NCBI GenBank assembly: GCA_964291675.2
Contig: OZ219866.1
Location: forward strand, 3,264,001-3,328,000
Source of the DNA: Alphaproteobacteria bacterium
Lineage (GTDB): Bacteria > Pseudomonadota > Alphaproteobacteria > MPNO01
Reading direction: 5' to 3'
DNA length: 64,000 bases
Under the pieces are notes generated by a model, which saw only the letters and a list, made by a program, of their open reading frames with translations, was not told where the DNA came from and searched no databases. A program made the position numbers and the translations under genes. How positions within the stretch are numbered: position 1 is the first letter of the stretch; every line of letters begins with the position of its first letter. Of this stretch, positions 1 to 10,200 are shown piece after piece.

Positions 1-495
1 ACCGACCGGGTTGCCGTACCGACGGAGACCGCAGCCGAAGGGAAGGAAGACGGCGGCAAGCTCGGCCTGTCCTGGTGATCCGCACACCCGGCATGGACAC
101 CCCAACCGCCCCGGAATCAACCGCGACTGACAGGGTCCCTACGACCCGACGATGAATTTGCCCCCTACAACAGCCGCTATCGAGTCTGCCGCCAGGTCCA
201 TGTGTTGGCATAGTGTTGATTCGATGCCGCCAATATCCTGCACCACCCATCCAGCCCTTCCGGTGGAAGACCGTAACTCTATGGTATCGCCGATATATTG
301 GTACCGCGTCTGCAAATGCTGAGTGATCCTAGGCAGTTACTCACATTAAAGTGAAACATTAGGCCCACCTCCGGCCGTGCCCAACCGGCCCCGGGAAAGC
401 CGCCGGAGCGCCGCCCGTATCGCATTTCTCCGGTTCCGGCCTATATTGTGGGCTGGAAGGCAGGACTATACCGCGCCCGGCGGTGGGGAGGTGCG

Positions 496-1365
496 ATGAC
501 CACGCGGTCCATTCTCGCTTTGCTGATCGAGCCGGAGACCGACCGGGCGGTGCTGCACGCGGCCGGCGCGATCGCCAGGGACTTTTCCGCCCATGTCGCG
601 GTCACCCATGTGCGCGAGCGCCCGCGGGCGATCGCCGCGATGGGCTATGAGGGCATCCACGCCTATGTCAGCCACGACCTGGAGGCCGAGCATATCGAGC
701 GGGCCAACGAGATCGAGGCCGCCTCGCGCGGGCATTTCGACGCCTTCGTCGGCGAGACCGGGTTCGAGATCCGCACCCGCGCGGGGCACTCCGACCAGCC
801 GTCGGTGAGCTGGGAGGCGATCGACGAGTTCGGCCCCGACGTGGTCGCCAGGCGGGGCGGCGCCTACGATTTGATCGTCGTCGGCCGGCCGCTCGGCGGG
901 CCGACCAATCTCGACCTGCTGAGCGTCGAATCGGCGATCTTCGCCACCGGGCGGCCGGTCCTGGTGACCCCGCCCGACCCGCCCGAGCATATCGGCGAGA
1001 CCGTGCTGGTCGGCTGGAACCGGAGCGGCCCGGCGGCGCGCGCGTTCCACGCCGCCAAGGCGCTGCTGCTGGAGCGCTCGAGGAAGGTGCGCCTGCTGTC
1101 GGTCTCGACCGGCGCCAAGCAGGGGCCGCCCGCCGAGGCGATCAGCGAGAACCTCGCCTGGCACGGCATCGAGGCCGAGATCCGCGAGCTGTCGCCCGAC
1201 TACCGCTCGATCGGCGAGGTGCTGCTCGCCGAGGCCAGCGCGATCGGCGCCGACCTCCTGGTGATGGGCGCGTTCTCGCGCAGCCGGCTGCGCCAGCTCA
1301 TCCTCGGCGGGGTGACCCAGCACGTGCTGACCCGGGCCGAGATGCCGGTCTTCATGGCGCATTGA
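496..1365 (+). CDS. Universal stress protein (tandem USP domains)
   Basis: DLIVVGRP, GRPVLV, VLVGWNRS and DLLVMGAFSRSRLRQLILGGVT motifs; ATG at 496 after GGAGG. Confidence 0.9.
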   Translation: MTTRSILALLIEPETDRAVLHAAGAIARDFSAHVAVTHVRERPRAIAAMGYEGIHAYVSHDLEAEHIERANEIEAASRGHFDAFVGETGFEIRTRAGHSDQPSVSWEAIDEFGPDVVARRGGAYDLIVVGRPLGGPTNLDLLSVESAIFATGRPVLVTPPDPPEHIGETVLVGWNRSGPAARAFHAAKALLLERSRKVRLLSVSTGAKQGPPAEAISENLAWHGIEAEIRELSPDYRSIGEVLLAEASAIGADLLVMGAFSRSRLRQLILGGVTQHVLTRAEMPVFMAH

Positions 1366-2788
1366 GCGGCGCCGGGCGGGCGCGGCCCAGCACAAGCTCG
1401 AAGCGCCCGGCGACCGCCATCGCCAGCCGGTCGGCGCCCCACTTGGCGACCACCTGGAGGCCCACCGGAAGCCCGTCCCGGTCGAACCCGCAGGGGATCG
1501 AGACCGCCGGCTGGCCCGACAGGTTGAACGGGTAGGTGTAGGGCGTCCAGCTCACCCAGGGGAGCGGCGCGTCCGCCTCGCCGCCCGGCGGCACCTCGTC
1601 CCCGGCGGCGAAGGCGGTGAGCGGCATCGTCGGCGTGACCAGCACGTCGCAGGCTTCCAGGAGCGCGGCGAGCGCCGCGTTGTGCCGGCGCCGGCCGTCG
1701 ATAGCGCCGAGCAAATCGCCCGTCGAATAGCCGCGCGCCAGCGCCGCGCAGCGCACCAGCCCGGGGTCCATCTCCGCCCCCCGCGCGGCGATCGTGTCGG
1801 CGAAGCCGAACCCCCGCCCGGTCACCCACAAAGTCTCGAAGACGCCGCGCGGCAGCGGGAGGTCGAGCGCGGTCTCCGACCAGGCCGCCGGCACCGCGCG
1901 CTTGAGCCGCGCCACCGCGCCCGCGAAGACCGCGGCCACGCCGGCCCCGGGCGCGACCCCGAACGGCGCGGCGGCGACCGCCACCCGCAGCCCTCCCGCG
2001 CGCAGCCGGGCGAGCGCCTCGCGCGGGGCGGCATCGGGCGCGCCGTAGGACAGCGGGTCGCGCGGGTCCGGCCCCGCGGTCGCCGCGACCGCCAGCGCCG
2101 CGTCCCCGACCGAGCGCGCCAGCGGCCCGACATGGGAGAGCGAGCCGGTCACCGTCCCGGGCCAGACCGGAATCCGGCCCAGCGTCGGCTTCACGCCGAC
2201 GATCCCGCAGAACGCGGCCGGGATGCGGATCGACCCGCCGGCGTCCGAGCCGAGCGCGACCGGCACCGCGCCCGACGCCACGGTGGCCGCCGAGCCCGCG
2301 CTGGAGCCGCCCGGGTCGCGGGAGGCGTCCCACGGGTTGCGGGTGATGCCGGTCAGCGGCGAATTCCCGGTCCCCTTCCAGCCGAATTCCGGCATGGCGG
2401 TCTTGCCGACGATCACCGCGCCGGCCGCCAGCACGCGCTCGATCGTCGGCGCGTTCTCCGCCACCGGATCGTCCGATGCGGTGCGCGAGCCGCGCGAGAC
2501 CGGATGCCCGGCGAGGTAGAAGTTGTCCTTCACCGCGATCGGCACCCCGTGCAGCGTCCCCCGGGGACGGCCCGCGCGGGCCTCGGCCTCGCGCTCCGCC
2601 GCGGCGGCGAGCGCGTCGCGGTCGAGCAGGCGCACATAGGCGTTGATCCGGGGCTCCGCGTCCCGCGCCGCTGCCAGCGCGTGCTCGGCGAGATGGACCG
2701 GCGAGACCGCGCCGTCGGCGACCAGGCGCGCCGCGCGCCTGGCCGTGAGCCGGCGGTAGCGGGCGGGCGAGAGCTCGGCGTAGCTCAT
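1352..2788 (-). CDS. Amidase signature family protein
   Basis: LHGVPIAVKD, GKTAMPEFG, GGSSAGS, LGSDAGGSIRIPAAFCG; ATG at 2788 overlaps the upstream stop. Confidence 0.93.
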   Translation of the reverse strand: MSYAELSPARYRRLTARRAARLVADGAVSPVHLAEHALAAARDAEPRINAYVRLLDRDALAAAAEREAEARAGRPRGTLHGVPIAVKDNFYLAGHPVSRGSRTASDDPVAENAPTIERVLAAGAVIVGKTAMPEFGWKGTGNSPLTGITRNPWDASRDPGGSSAGSAATVASGAVPVALGSDAGGSIRIPAAFCGIVGVKPTLGRIPVWPGTVTGSLSHVGPLARSVGDAALAVAATAGPDPRDPLSYGAPDAAPREALARLRAGGLRVAVAAAPFGVAPGAGVAAVFAGAVARLKRAVPAAWSETALDLPLPRGVFETLWVTGRGFGFADTIAARGAEMDPGLVRCAALARGYSTGDLLGAIDGRRRHNAALAALLEACDVLVTPTMPLTAFAAGDEVPPGGEADAPLPWVSWTPYTYPFNLSGQPAVSIPCGFDRDGLPVGLQVVAKWGADRLAMAVAGRFELVLGRARPAPLNAP

Positions 2789-3972
2789 GCCTCGCCGAGC
2801 AGGTTGAGCGCCGCCAGCGCGTTGATCCTTGTGGCGGTCGCGATGTCGGCGAGCGCCAGCGACTCGTCCGGCTGGTAGACCGGCTCGCCGCCCGGGCCGA
2901 AGATCGCGGTCTCGCAGAGCGCGCCGAAGCTCGCCGTGTCGCCGAGCCAGGAGCCGCCGACGAAGACGGGCGGCCGTCCCATCACCGCTTCCCACGCCTC
3001 GGCGAGGCAGCGCACCACGGGCGCATTCGTGGGAACCATGAAGGAGCTCTTCTCGTCGGCGAGCACGAGCTCGGCCCTGATCTCCGGGTCGCGCGCCTGC
3101 GCCCGCCCGATCGCGCCCTCGATCAGCCCCCGCACCTCGTCGGGCGCCACGCCCGGCTGCGGGCGCGTGTCGACGCGGATGGTGCAGCGGTCGGGGATCA
3201 TCGACGGCCCGCCCGGGAACAGCCCGCCGTATATGCGCCCGACCGCGATATGGAGCTCGGGGCCGACCAGGGCCTTCATCTCGTCCGAGATATCCGGGAA
3301 GTGGCGGAGCTTCGCGATCTCGTCGGCCACCGGCAGCATCTTCTCGATCGCGTTGACCGCCAGATCCTTGTGGCAGGTATGGGCGGAGAGGCCGACCGTC
3401 GAGACGTCGAAATAGTAGCGCCCGCGATGGGCGACGTAGATCTCCATGCCGGTCAGCTCGCCGAGGATGCAGTGGTCGAAGCGGTGCCGGCGGAACAGGT
3501 CGATGCTGCCGGTCTGGTCGCCCATGTGGTCGCACACCGCCGCAAAGGTGATCTTTCCCGAGAACGCGGCGCCCGAGTCGAGGACGGTCTTGATCGCGCC
3601 GATCTGGCAGCCCAGCCCGGCCTTCATGTCCATCACCCCGTGGCCGAACATCCTGCCGTCCTCGATGGCGCCGTCGAACGGGTCGCGGGTCCAGCCCTCG
3701 CAGACCGGCTTGGTGTCGAGATGGCCGGTGAACAGGAGGTGCGGGCCGGGCCTGCCCGAATCGACCTCCCACAGCGTGTTCGAGCGGCCGTCGAACACCT
3801 CCTCGCGCCACACCCGGCCGACGCCGATCTCGCGGATTCGCTCCTCCAGCTCGGCGGCAAGGGTGGCCTCCCTGCCGCAGGTGCTGTCGGTCCGCACCAG
3901 GCCCTGGGTGACGTCGACCGAGAGCGAGTCCTGCAAGGCTCCCGTCACGCGTTCCAGCACATCCGTCCGCAT
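2785..3972 (-). CDS. M20 family metallopeptidase/deacylase (ArgE/DapE-like) with atypical active site
   Basis: GHLDT, HGVMDMKAG, GLSAH, FGPG motifs; the usual DEE is DHM and the C-terminal His ligand is Tyr. Confidence 0.88.
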   Translation of the reverse strand: MRTDVLERVTGALQDSLSVDVTQGLVRTDSTCGREATLAAELEERIREIGVGRVWREEVFDGRSNTLWEVDSGRPGPHLLFTGHLDTKPVCEGWTRDPFDGAIEDGRMFGHGVMDMKAGLGCQIGAIKTVLDSGAAFSGKITFAAVCDHMGDQTGSIDLFRRHRFDHCILGELTGMEIYVAHRGRYYFDVSTVGLSAHTCHKDLAVNAIEKMLPVADEIAKLRHFPDISDEMKALVGPELHIAVGRIYGGLFPGGPSMIPDRCTIRVDTRPQPGVAPDEVRGLIEGAIGRAQARDPEIRAELVLADEKSSFMVPTNAPVVRCLAEAWEAVMGRPPVFVGGSWLGDTASFGALCETAIFGPGGEPVYQPDESLALADIATATRINALAALNLLGEA

Positions 3973-4050
3973 CGCCGGCTCCTCCCCAAACCCCGCCCGA
4001 TTATGCGGAGCGGCGGGCCGCATTGCATCCGCCTTCGAGCGCCACCCCTT

Positions 4051-4361
4051 CGTCACGCCCGGCCCCCGGATCGAGTCCGGGGGCGATCCGGGCACCCACT
4101 GGCGCCGCCGCCTCTCCCGACGCGGCGTGGTACCCGGTGGCGCCAGTGGTTGCGCGGATCGAGTCCGCGCATGGGTGGCCGGATCAAGTCCGGCCATGAC
4201 GGGGGGGAGGGAGCGCCATGCCTACCCCCCCTCGTCATGCCCGGACTTGATCCGGGCACCCACTGGCGCCGCCACCCCTCCCGACCCGCCGCCGTGCGCG
4301 CGGAGCGGCTGCATGGGTGGCCGGATCACCCCCGGACTCGATCCGGGGGCCGGGCATGACG
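4051..4361. repeat. Cluster of REP-like palindromic elements (family 1), two inverted pairs with nested hairpins
   Basis: CGTCA(C/T)GCCCGG...CCGGGCACCCA at 4051-4098 and 4233-4262; TGGGTGGCCGGATCA...CCGG(C/G)CATGACG at 4172-4201 and 4314-4361; the outer arms are near-perfect reverse complements. Confidence 0.85.
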
Positions 4362-4451
4362 GAGAGGGGCGGGGGCGGTGTCGGGGGACCGCGCCGGTTC
4401 CATCGGCAACCCGCACGCGCTAGCGTGGGCGCCGCGCCGCGGGAGGGCAGC

Positions 4452-5450
4452 ATGCGTTTCGGGATGACGACGATGGCGGTCGAGCCGCCGGACCGGTTCC
4501 GCCGGCTGGTCGAGACCGCCGAGGACGGCGGCTGCGACTATCTCTGGGTCTGCGATTCGTCGCTGCACGCGCGCGACGTCTACAGCTATCTCACCGTCGC
4601 CGCGCTGCACTCCGAGAGGCTGCGCATCGGCCCCAACTGCACCCACCCCTATACGCGCCACCCGGCGATCAACCTGAACGCCATGGCGACCGTCCACGAG
4701 CTGTCCGGCGGGCGCGGCATCGTCGCGGTCGCGACCGGCGACCGGCCGGTGATGGAGCTCGGCTATCCGATGGCGCGGGTCGCCGTGGTGCGCGAGATGA
4801 TCGGGGTGATGCGGGCGCTGGAGACCGGCGAGACGGTGACGCGCGACGGCGAGACCTTCGCGCTCAAGGACGCGCGGCTCTCTTTCGACCTGCCGGCGCC
4901 GCTCCCGGTCTATCTCGCGGCGTCGGGGCCGCGCATGCTGCGCATGGGGGGCGAGCTCGCCGACGGCGTGCTGTTTCTCGCGGGCGTCCACGAGGACTGC
5001 ATCGCCTACGCGATGGAACGCATCCGCGAGGGCGCCGAAGCCGCCGGGCGCGATGCGAGCGCGATCGACATCGGCTGCACGGTCTACGGCTCGCTGCAGG
5101 ACGACGCCGACGCCGCGCGGGCGCTGTGCCGGCCGATGGCCGCCTGGTTCCCGCAGACCTCGCGCCAGTACGCCGAAATCGCCGGCGTGCCGGAGCAGCG
5201 GATCGAGAACATCAGGGCGGCCTATGCCGGCGGGCATTTCGACCAGGCGAAGGCGGCGATGGACTTCGTCACCGAGGACATGATCGACGCCTTCACCGTC
5301 GGCGGGCCGCCGGATGTGTGGATCGACCGGCTGGGGCGCATCGCCGCGCTCGGCGTCGAGCACATCAACGTGTTCCTGCTCGGCCCCGACCGCGCGGCGA
5401 TGGGCGAGCGCCTGGTCAGGGACGTGTTTCCGCATATCGGGAGGGGCTGA
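4452..5450 (+). CDS. LLM-class (luciferase-like) flavin/F420-dependent oxidoreductase, Mer-like
   Basis: AEDGGCDYLWVCDS, THPYTRHP, PVYLAASGPRMLRMGGELADGV; RBS GGAGGG. Confidence 0.88.
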   Translation: MRFGMTTMAVEPPDRFRRLVETAEDGGCDYLWVCDSSLHARDVYSYLTVAALHSERLRIGPNCTHPYTRHPAINLNAMATVHELSGGRGIVAVATGDRPVMELGYPMARVAVVREMIGVMRALETGETVTRDGETFALKDARLSFDLPAPLPVYLAASGPRMLRMGGELADGVLFLAGVHEDCIAYAMERIREGAEAAGRDASAIDIGCTVYGSLQDDADAARALCRPMAAWFPQTSRQYAEIAGVPEQRIENIRAAYAGGHFDQAKAAMDFVTEDMIDAFTVGGPPDVWIDRLGRIAALGVEHINVFLLGPDRAAMGERLVRDVFPHIGRG

Positions 5451-5451
5451 C

Positions 5452-6249
5452 ATGCCGCGCGCCACGGTCAACGGGGTCTCGCTCAACTACGACGAATGGG
5501 GCGCCGGCCATCCGCTGCTCCTGCTGATGGGGTTCGGCGACGGGCTGCACGCCTGGGCGAACCAGATCCCCGCCTTCGCGCAAGAATTCCGCACCATAGC
5601 GCTCGACCACCGGGGGAGCGGCGAATCGGAGGCGCCGCGGGGCGGCTACTCGATCCCGCAATTCGCCGACGACGCGATCGGCCTGCTGGACCGGCTCGGC
5701 GTCGAGCGGGCGCATGTGCTCGGCTACTCGATGGGCGGGCGCGTCGGCCAGGACATGGCCGCGCGCCACCCCGGCCGGGTCTCCGCCCTGGTGCTCGCCG
5801 CCTCCGCCGCCAAGGCCAATCCGCTCAACGTCTACAGCCTGCGCGCCTCGGCCTGGCTGTACGAGACCCACGGCCCCGAGGCGGCGGCGGCGTTCGGCCC
5901 GCTGATCTCCTTTACCCACGACTATTTCCGGGACCGTCTCGACTCCCTCACCGAGGAGCTCGGCGCGCCGGTCTACGAGCCGATGCCGCTGCACGCCTAT
6001 CGCGGCCACGTCGAGGCCATCGAGAGCCACGATTCGACCCCCATCCTCGGGCGCATCGCCGCGCCGACGCTGGTGCTGATGGGGGATGCGGAGTGGCTCA
6101 ACCCGATGGCCGACCAGCAGGCGATGCTCGACGGGATCCCGGGCGCCACGCTCCGCGTGCTGGAGAATGGCGGGCACGGCTTCCTGTGGGAGATTCCGGA
6201 CGCGTTCAACCGGGCGGTGATCGACTTCCTCGCCCCGCTGACGCCGTGA
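5452..6249 (+). CDS. Alpha/beta fold hydrolase
   Basis: DHRGSG, GYSMGG nucleophile elbow, PTLVLMG, GGHG catalytic His. Confidence 0.9.
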   Translation: MPRATVNGVSLNYDEWGAGHPLLLLMGFGDGLHAWANQIPAFAQEFRTIALDHRGSGESEAPRGGYSIPQFADDAIGLLDRLGVERAHVLGYSMGGRVGQDMAARHPGRVSALVLAASAAKANPLNVYSLRASAWLYETHGPEAAAAFGPLISFTHDYFRDRLDSLTEELGAPVYEPMPLHAYRGHVEAIESHDSTPILGRIAAPTLVLMGDAEWLNPMADQQAMLDGIPGATLRVLENGGHGFLWEIPDAFNRAVIDFLAPLTP

Positions 6250-6273
6250 TGCGCCGTCCAATTGGCGACGGTG

Positions 6274-6324
6274 TTGACGAACTAGGATTAATAGTACAAT
6301 ACGCTATTAGCGTGTGACACTAAT
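6274..6324 (+). promoter_or_regulatory. Putative higBA promoter with palindromic operator
   Basis: TTGACG (6274) and TACAAT (6295) with a short 15-bp spacer; palindrome ACGCTA-T-TAGCGT (6301-6313) and ATTAGCGT-GTG-ACACTAAT. Confidence 0.5.
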
Positions 6325-6330
6325 GAGCGC

Positions 6331-6612
6331 ATGATCCGGAGTTTCAGGAACGCTGATACGGAAGCCGTCGCGAACCGGGAGTGGTGCAGGAGATTCCCTG
6401 CGGCAATCCAGCGCCGCGCGCAGGCCAAGCTGATGATGCTCAACAACGCCAGGGACCTGAACGATCTGCGGGTTCCCCGGGGAAACCGCCTTGAAGCGCT
6501 CTCCGGAGACCGCAAGGGCCAGCACAGCATCCGTATCAACGAACGGTGGCGGGTGTGCTTTTCCTGGCGTCAGGGAGATGCATTTGACGTCGAGATCGTC
6601 GACTACCACTGA
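6331..6612 (+). CDS. higB: HigB toxin (RelE/ParE family, plasmid maintenance killer type)
   Basis: MIRSF...DLRVPRGNRLEALSGDRKGQHSIRINERWRVCF...VEIVDYH. Confidence 0.93.
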   Translation: MIRSFRNADTEAVANREWCRRFPAAIQRRAQAKLMMLNNARDLNDLRVPRGNRLEALSGDRKGQHSIRINERWRVCFSWRQGDAFDVEIVDYH

Positions 6613-6624
6613 GGACGTTGGACC

Positions 6625-6945
6625 ATGACCGAGTCGACCTCATCGGGACGCAGGAAGCTGCCCCCAATTCACCCCGGCGAAATCCTGAGCGACGAGTTTC
6701 TGGTTCCGATGAAGATCACACAGTACCGGCTGGCCAAGGCGCTCGGCGTGGACCCGAGGCGCGTGCACGCGATCGTTCACGGCGAGCGGTCGATCACCGC
6801 GGAGACCGCGCTGCTGTTCTCCCGGTTCTTCGGGAACTCGGCCGAGTTCTGGATCGGCCTCCAGAGCCAGTACGATCTGGAGCGGGAACGGGACCGACTG
6901 GAAGACAGGCTCGACAGGGTGCCCGCCCACCGCGCCGGGGCCTGA
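6625..6945 (+). CDS. higA: HigA antitoxin (HTH)
   Basis: PIHPGEIL..EFL.P...TQYRLAKALGV, ITAETAL, AEFWIGLQSQYDL; directly after higB. Confidence 0.93.
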   Translation: MTESTSSGRRKLPPIHPGEILSDEFLVPMKITQYRLAKALGVDPRRVHAIVHGERSITAETALLFSRFFGNSAEFWIGLQSQYDLERERDRLEDRLDRVPAHRAGA

Positions 6946-7292
6946 CCCGACTCACGGCCGAACCCCGCTTATCGGTCTTCGACGGCGACGGACGCCCGCC
7001 GAAGGGCGACGGCGGGCATTGCGAGGCCCGAATCGGGTTCCGCCCCGCCGGCCGGCGGGGCGGTCACAACGGCGAGAGGTCCGGGCAAGGCGCTTGCGCG
7101 CACCTATGCAATCTAGGATAGAATACAAACAACAAAAAGTAATCAAGACGTGTTGACTGACCCGCGCCGGGCGGTCGGACGGGTCACAGGGAGGGAGTAG
7201 TCAGTGTGTCATACCGGTCTTTTGTGGCGGCATGGTCCCGGCGCGCGCGCCGGGTGGGGGAGAGTTGCCGGGGGGCTCCGCGACGCGGAGGG

Positions 7293-10200
7293 ATGAGCGG
7301 GCGGCGGGGCGCCGGGTCCGGGCGCGCGGCGCGGACGGGCCGCGCCTGCCGGCTCGCGGCCGGCCTCCTCCTGCTCGGCGCCGGTACGGCCCTGCCGGGC
7401 ACGGCCCTTGCCGAGGTGCTGGTGAGCAATCTCCGGCAAAGCGGTGTTAAGGGAGAGTCGCTCGGGATCCATGACTTCGCCGTGCGGTTCACCACCGGCC
7501 CCGGCGCCAGCGGCTACAAGATCACCAGCATCTGGGTGGAGTTCGGCGTTCAAGAAGGCGGGACCGCCGCCGTTCCGACGGTCAGGCTCTTCTCCGGGTC
7601 GCCGACCGGAACCGAGCTGGCCGAATTCACCGGCCCAACGGTGCTGCAAGGAAACCGAACGACCGAGAGGTTCACACCGAACGTGACCGTCACGCTGGCG
7701 AACCAGACCGACTACTGGGTGAGGGTCGCATATGAGGGAACGGGCGCCGGCGAGGACGCCAGCCTGGTCCTGACCAGAGACGGAGGAGAGGACGCCAGCT
7801 CGAATCCGGGCTGGAGCATCGCCGACAGGGTCCTGCAGCGTGCCGCCGGCTCGACCGGCAGTTTCAGGCGCTATACCGATGTGGAATTTCCTCTGACCAA
7901 GTGGGCCGGCAGGATCCGCGTCGACGGCAACGTCAGGCCCGACAACTCCCCCGCCACCGGCAAGCCCGCCATCTCCGGCACCGCGCGGGTGGGCCAGCTC
8001 CTGACTGCCGACAGGGGCACTATCGCCGACGACAACGGGGTGCCGGACGTCTTCGAATACCAGTGGTTTCGGGTCGTCGGGGGGGCCGACACGGAAATCC
8101 CCGGCGCGACCGAGAAGACCTACAGGCTGACCGACGACGAAGAGGGCAGGCAGCTCCGGGTGGCGCTCTCCTTCGTCGACAATGACGGCTACCCGGAGGG
8201 GCCGCTGGCGAGCGATCCCTACCCGACGGGCGCGACTGTCGAGCCGCAACAGAGGAACTACCCCGCCACCGGCAAGCCCGCCATTTCCGGAATTGCGCGG
8301 GTGGGCCAGACCCTGACCGCCGACAGGGGCACCGTCGACGACCGCAACGGGATGCCGGACGTCTTCGAGTACCAGTGGATACGGGTCGTCGGGGGGACAG
8401 ACAGGGACATCCCCGGCGCGACCGAGAGAACCTACGCGCTGACCGCCGACGACGAGGGCAACAAGCTCCGGGTGGCGCTCTCCTTCGTCGACAATGACGG
8501 CTACCCGGAGGGGCCGCTGGCGAGCGACCCCTACCCGACGATCGGGAACGTCGATCCGCGGCCGGCCAACATCCCCGCCACCGGCAAGCCGACGATCTCC
8601 GGCACCGCGCGGGTGGGCCAGGTGCTGACCGCCGACAGGGGCACCGTCGACGATGCCAACGGGATGCCGGACAGCTTCGACTACCAGTGGTTCCGGGTCG
8701 ACGGGCAGACCGAGACGGAGATCCCCGGCGCGACCGGAATGACCTACAGTCTGACCGCCGACGACCAGGACAAGCAGTTCAGGGTGACGCTCTCCTTCGT
8801 CGACAACGACGGCTATCCGGAGGCGCGCACCAGCGACCCCTACCCGGCGGGCGACGGTGTCGACCCGCCGCCGCCGAACTCCCCGGCCACCGGCAAGCCC
8901 GTCATCTCCGGCACCGCGCGGGTGGGCCAGGTGCTGACCGCCGACAGGGGCACGATCGCCGACGCCAACGGGGTGCCGGACGTCTTCGAATACCAGTGGA
9001 TCCGGGTCGACGGGGACAGCGAGACGGAGATCGCCGGCGCGACCGAGAAGACCTACAGGCTGACCGCCGCCGACCAGGACAAGCAGTTGAGGGTGACGCT
9101 CTCCTTCGTCGACAACGACGGCTACCCGGAGGCGCGCACCAGCGACCCCTACCCGGCGGGCGACGATGTCGACCCGCCGCCGGCGAACTCCCCCGCCACC
9201 GGCAAGCCGGTCATCTCCGGCACCGCGCGGGTGGGCCAGGTGCTGACCGCCGACAGGGGCACGATCGAGGACGCCAACGGGGTGCCGGACGTCTTCGACT
9301 ACCAGTGGATCCGGGTCGACGGGGAGAGCGAGACGGAGATCGCCGGCGCGAACGGGATGACCTACAGGCTGACCGCCGCCGACGAGGGCAAGCAGTTCCG
9401 GGTGACGCTCTCCTTCGTCGACAACGACGGCTACCCGGAGGGGCCGCTGGCGAGCGACCCCTACCCGACGATCGGGAACGTCGCCCCACGGCCGGCGAAC
9501 TCCCCCGCCACCGGCAAGCCCGTCATCTCCGGCATTGCGCAGGTGGGCCGGGTCCTGACCGCCGACAGGGGCACGATCGAGGACGCCAACGGGGTGCCTG
9601 ACAGCTTCGACTACCAGTGGATCCGGGTCGACGGGCAGAGCGAGACGGAGATCGCCGGCGCGAACGGGATGACCTACAGGCTGACCGCCGCCGACGAGGG
9701 CAAGCAGTTCCGGGTGACGCTCTCCTTCGTCGACAATGACGGCTACCCGGAGGCGCGGACCAGCGACCCCTATCCTTCGGACAGCGCCGTCCTGCCCGCC
9801 GTCGACGAGGTGTACGGCGGCGACGCGATCCCCAACGGGTGGCTCGCGCGCTTCGCCCGCACGGTGGGCGCGCAGGCGGTGGACGCAATCGAGGCGCGGC
9901 TCGCGGCGCCGCGCCGGCCGGGCCTGGCGGGCAGCGTCGCGGGCCAGAGCGTGAGCGGGCCCGCGGACGCCGCGCCGGGCGAGCGTTCGCCGGCGCTCGC
10001 CGATCGGTCGGGCGGCGCGGTCTTCGGCTCGCGGACGGTGTCGGGCCGCGAGGCGCTCGCCGCCACGGCCTTCGCGTTCGGCCGGGACGGCGCCGACGGC
10101 GGCGGCGCGGCGTTCTGGGGCCGCGGCACGGCTACCCGCTTCGAGGGGCGCAAGCTCGGGGCCGTCTTCGACGGCGAGGTGAGCAACGCGATGCTGGGCG

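Noticed and set aside
1-447. Lower-GC stretch at the window start; possible gene end at 1-78 (+) or gene start on the minus strand
   Set aside because: No recognisable motif or convincing ORF within the window; upstream sequence is needed.
7094-7160. AT-rich patch upstream of the adhesin as a defined promoter or riboswitch
   Set aside because: Probably regulatory, but TTGCGC and TAGAAT are 19 bp apart and no known RNA motif was recognised.
7944-9776. Regular ~310-bp repeats considered as a CRISPR array or DGR template/variable repeats
   Set aside because: They are in-frame coding repeats with no unique spacers, and there is no cas or reverse transcriptase gene in the window.
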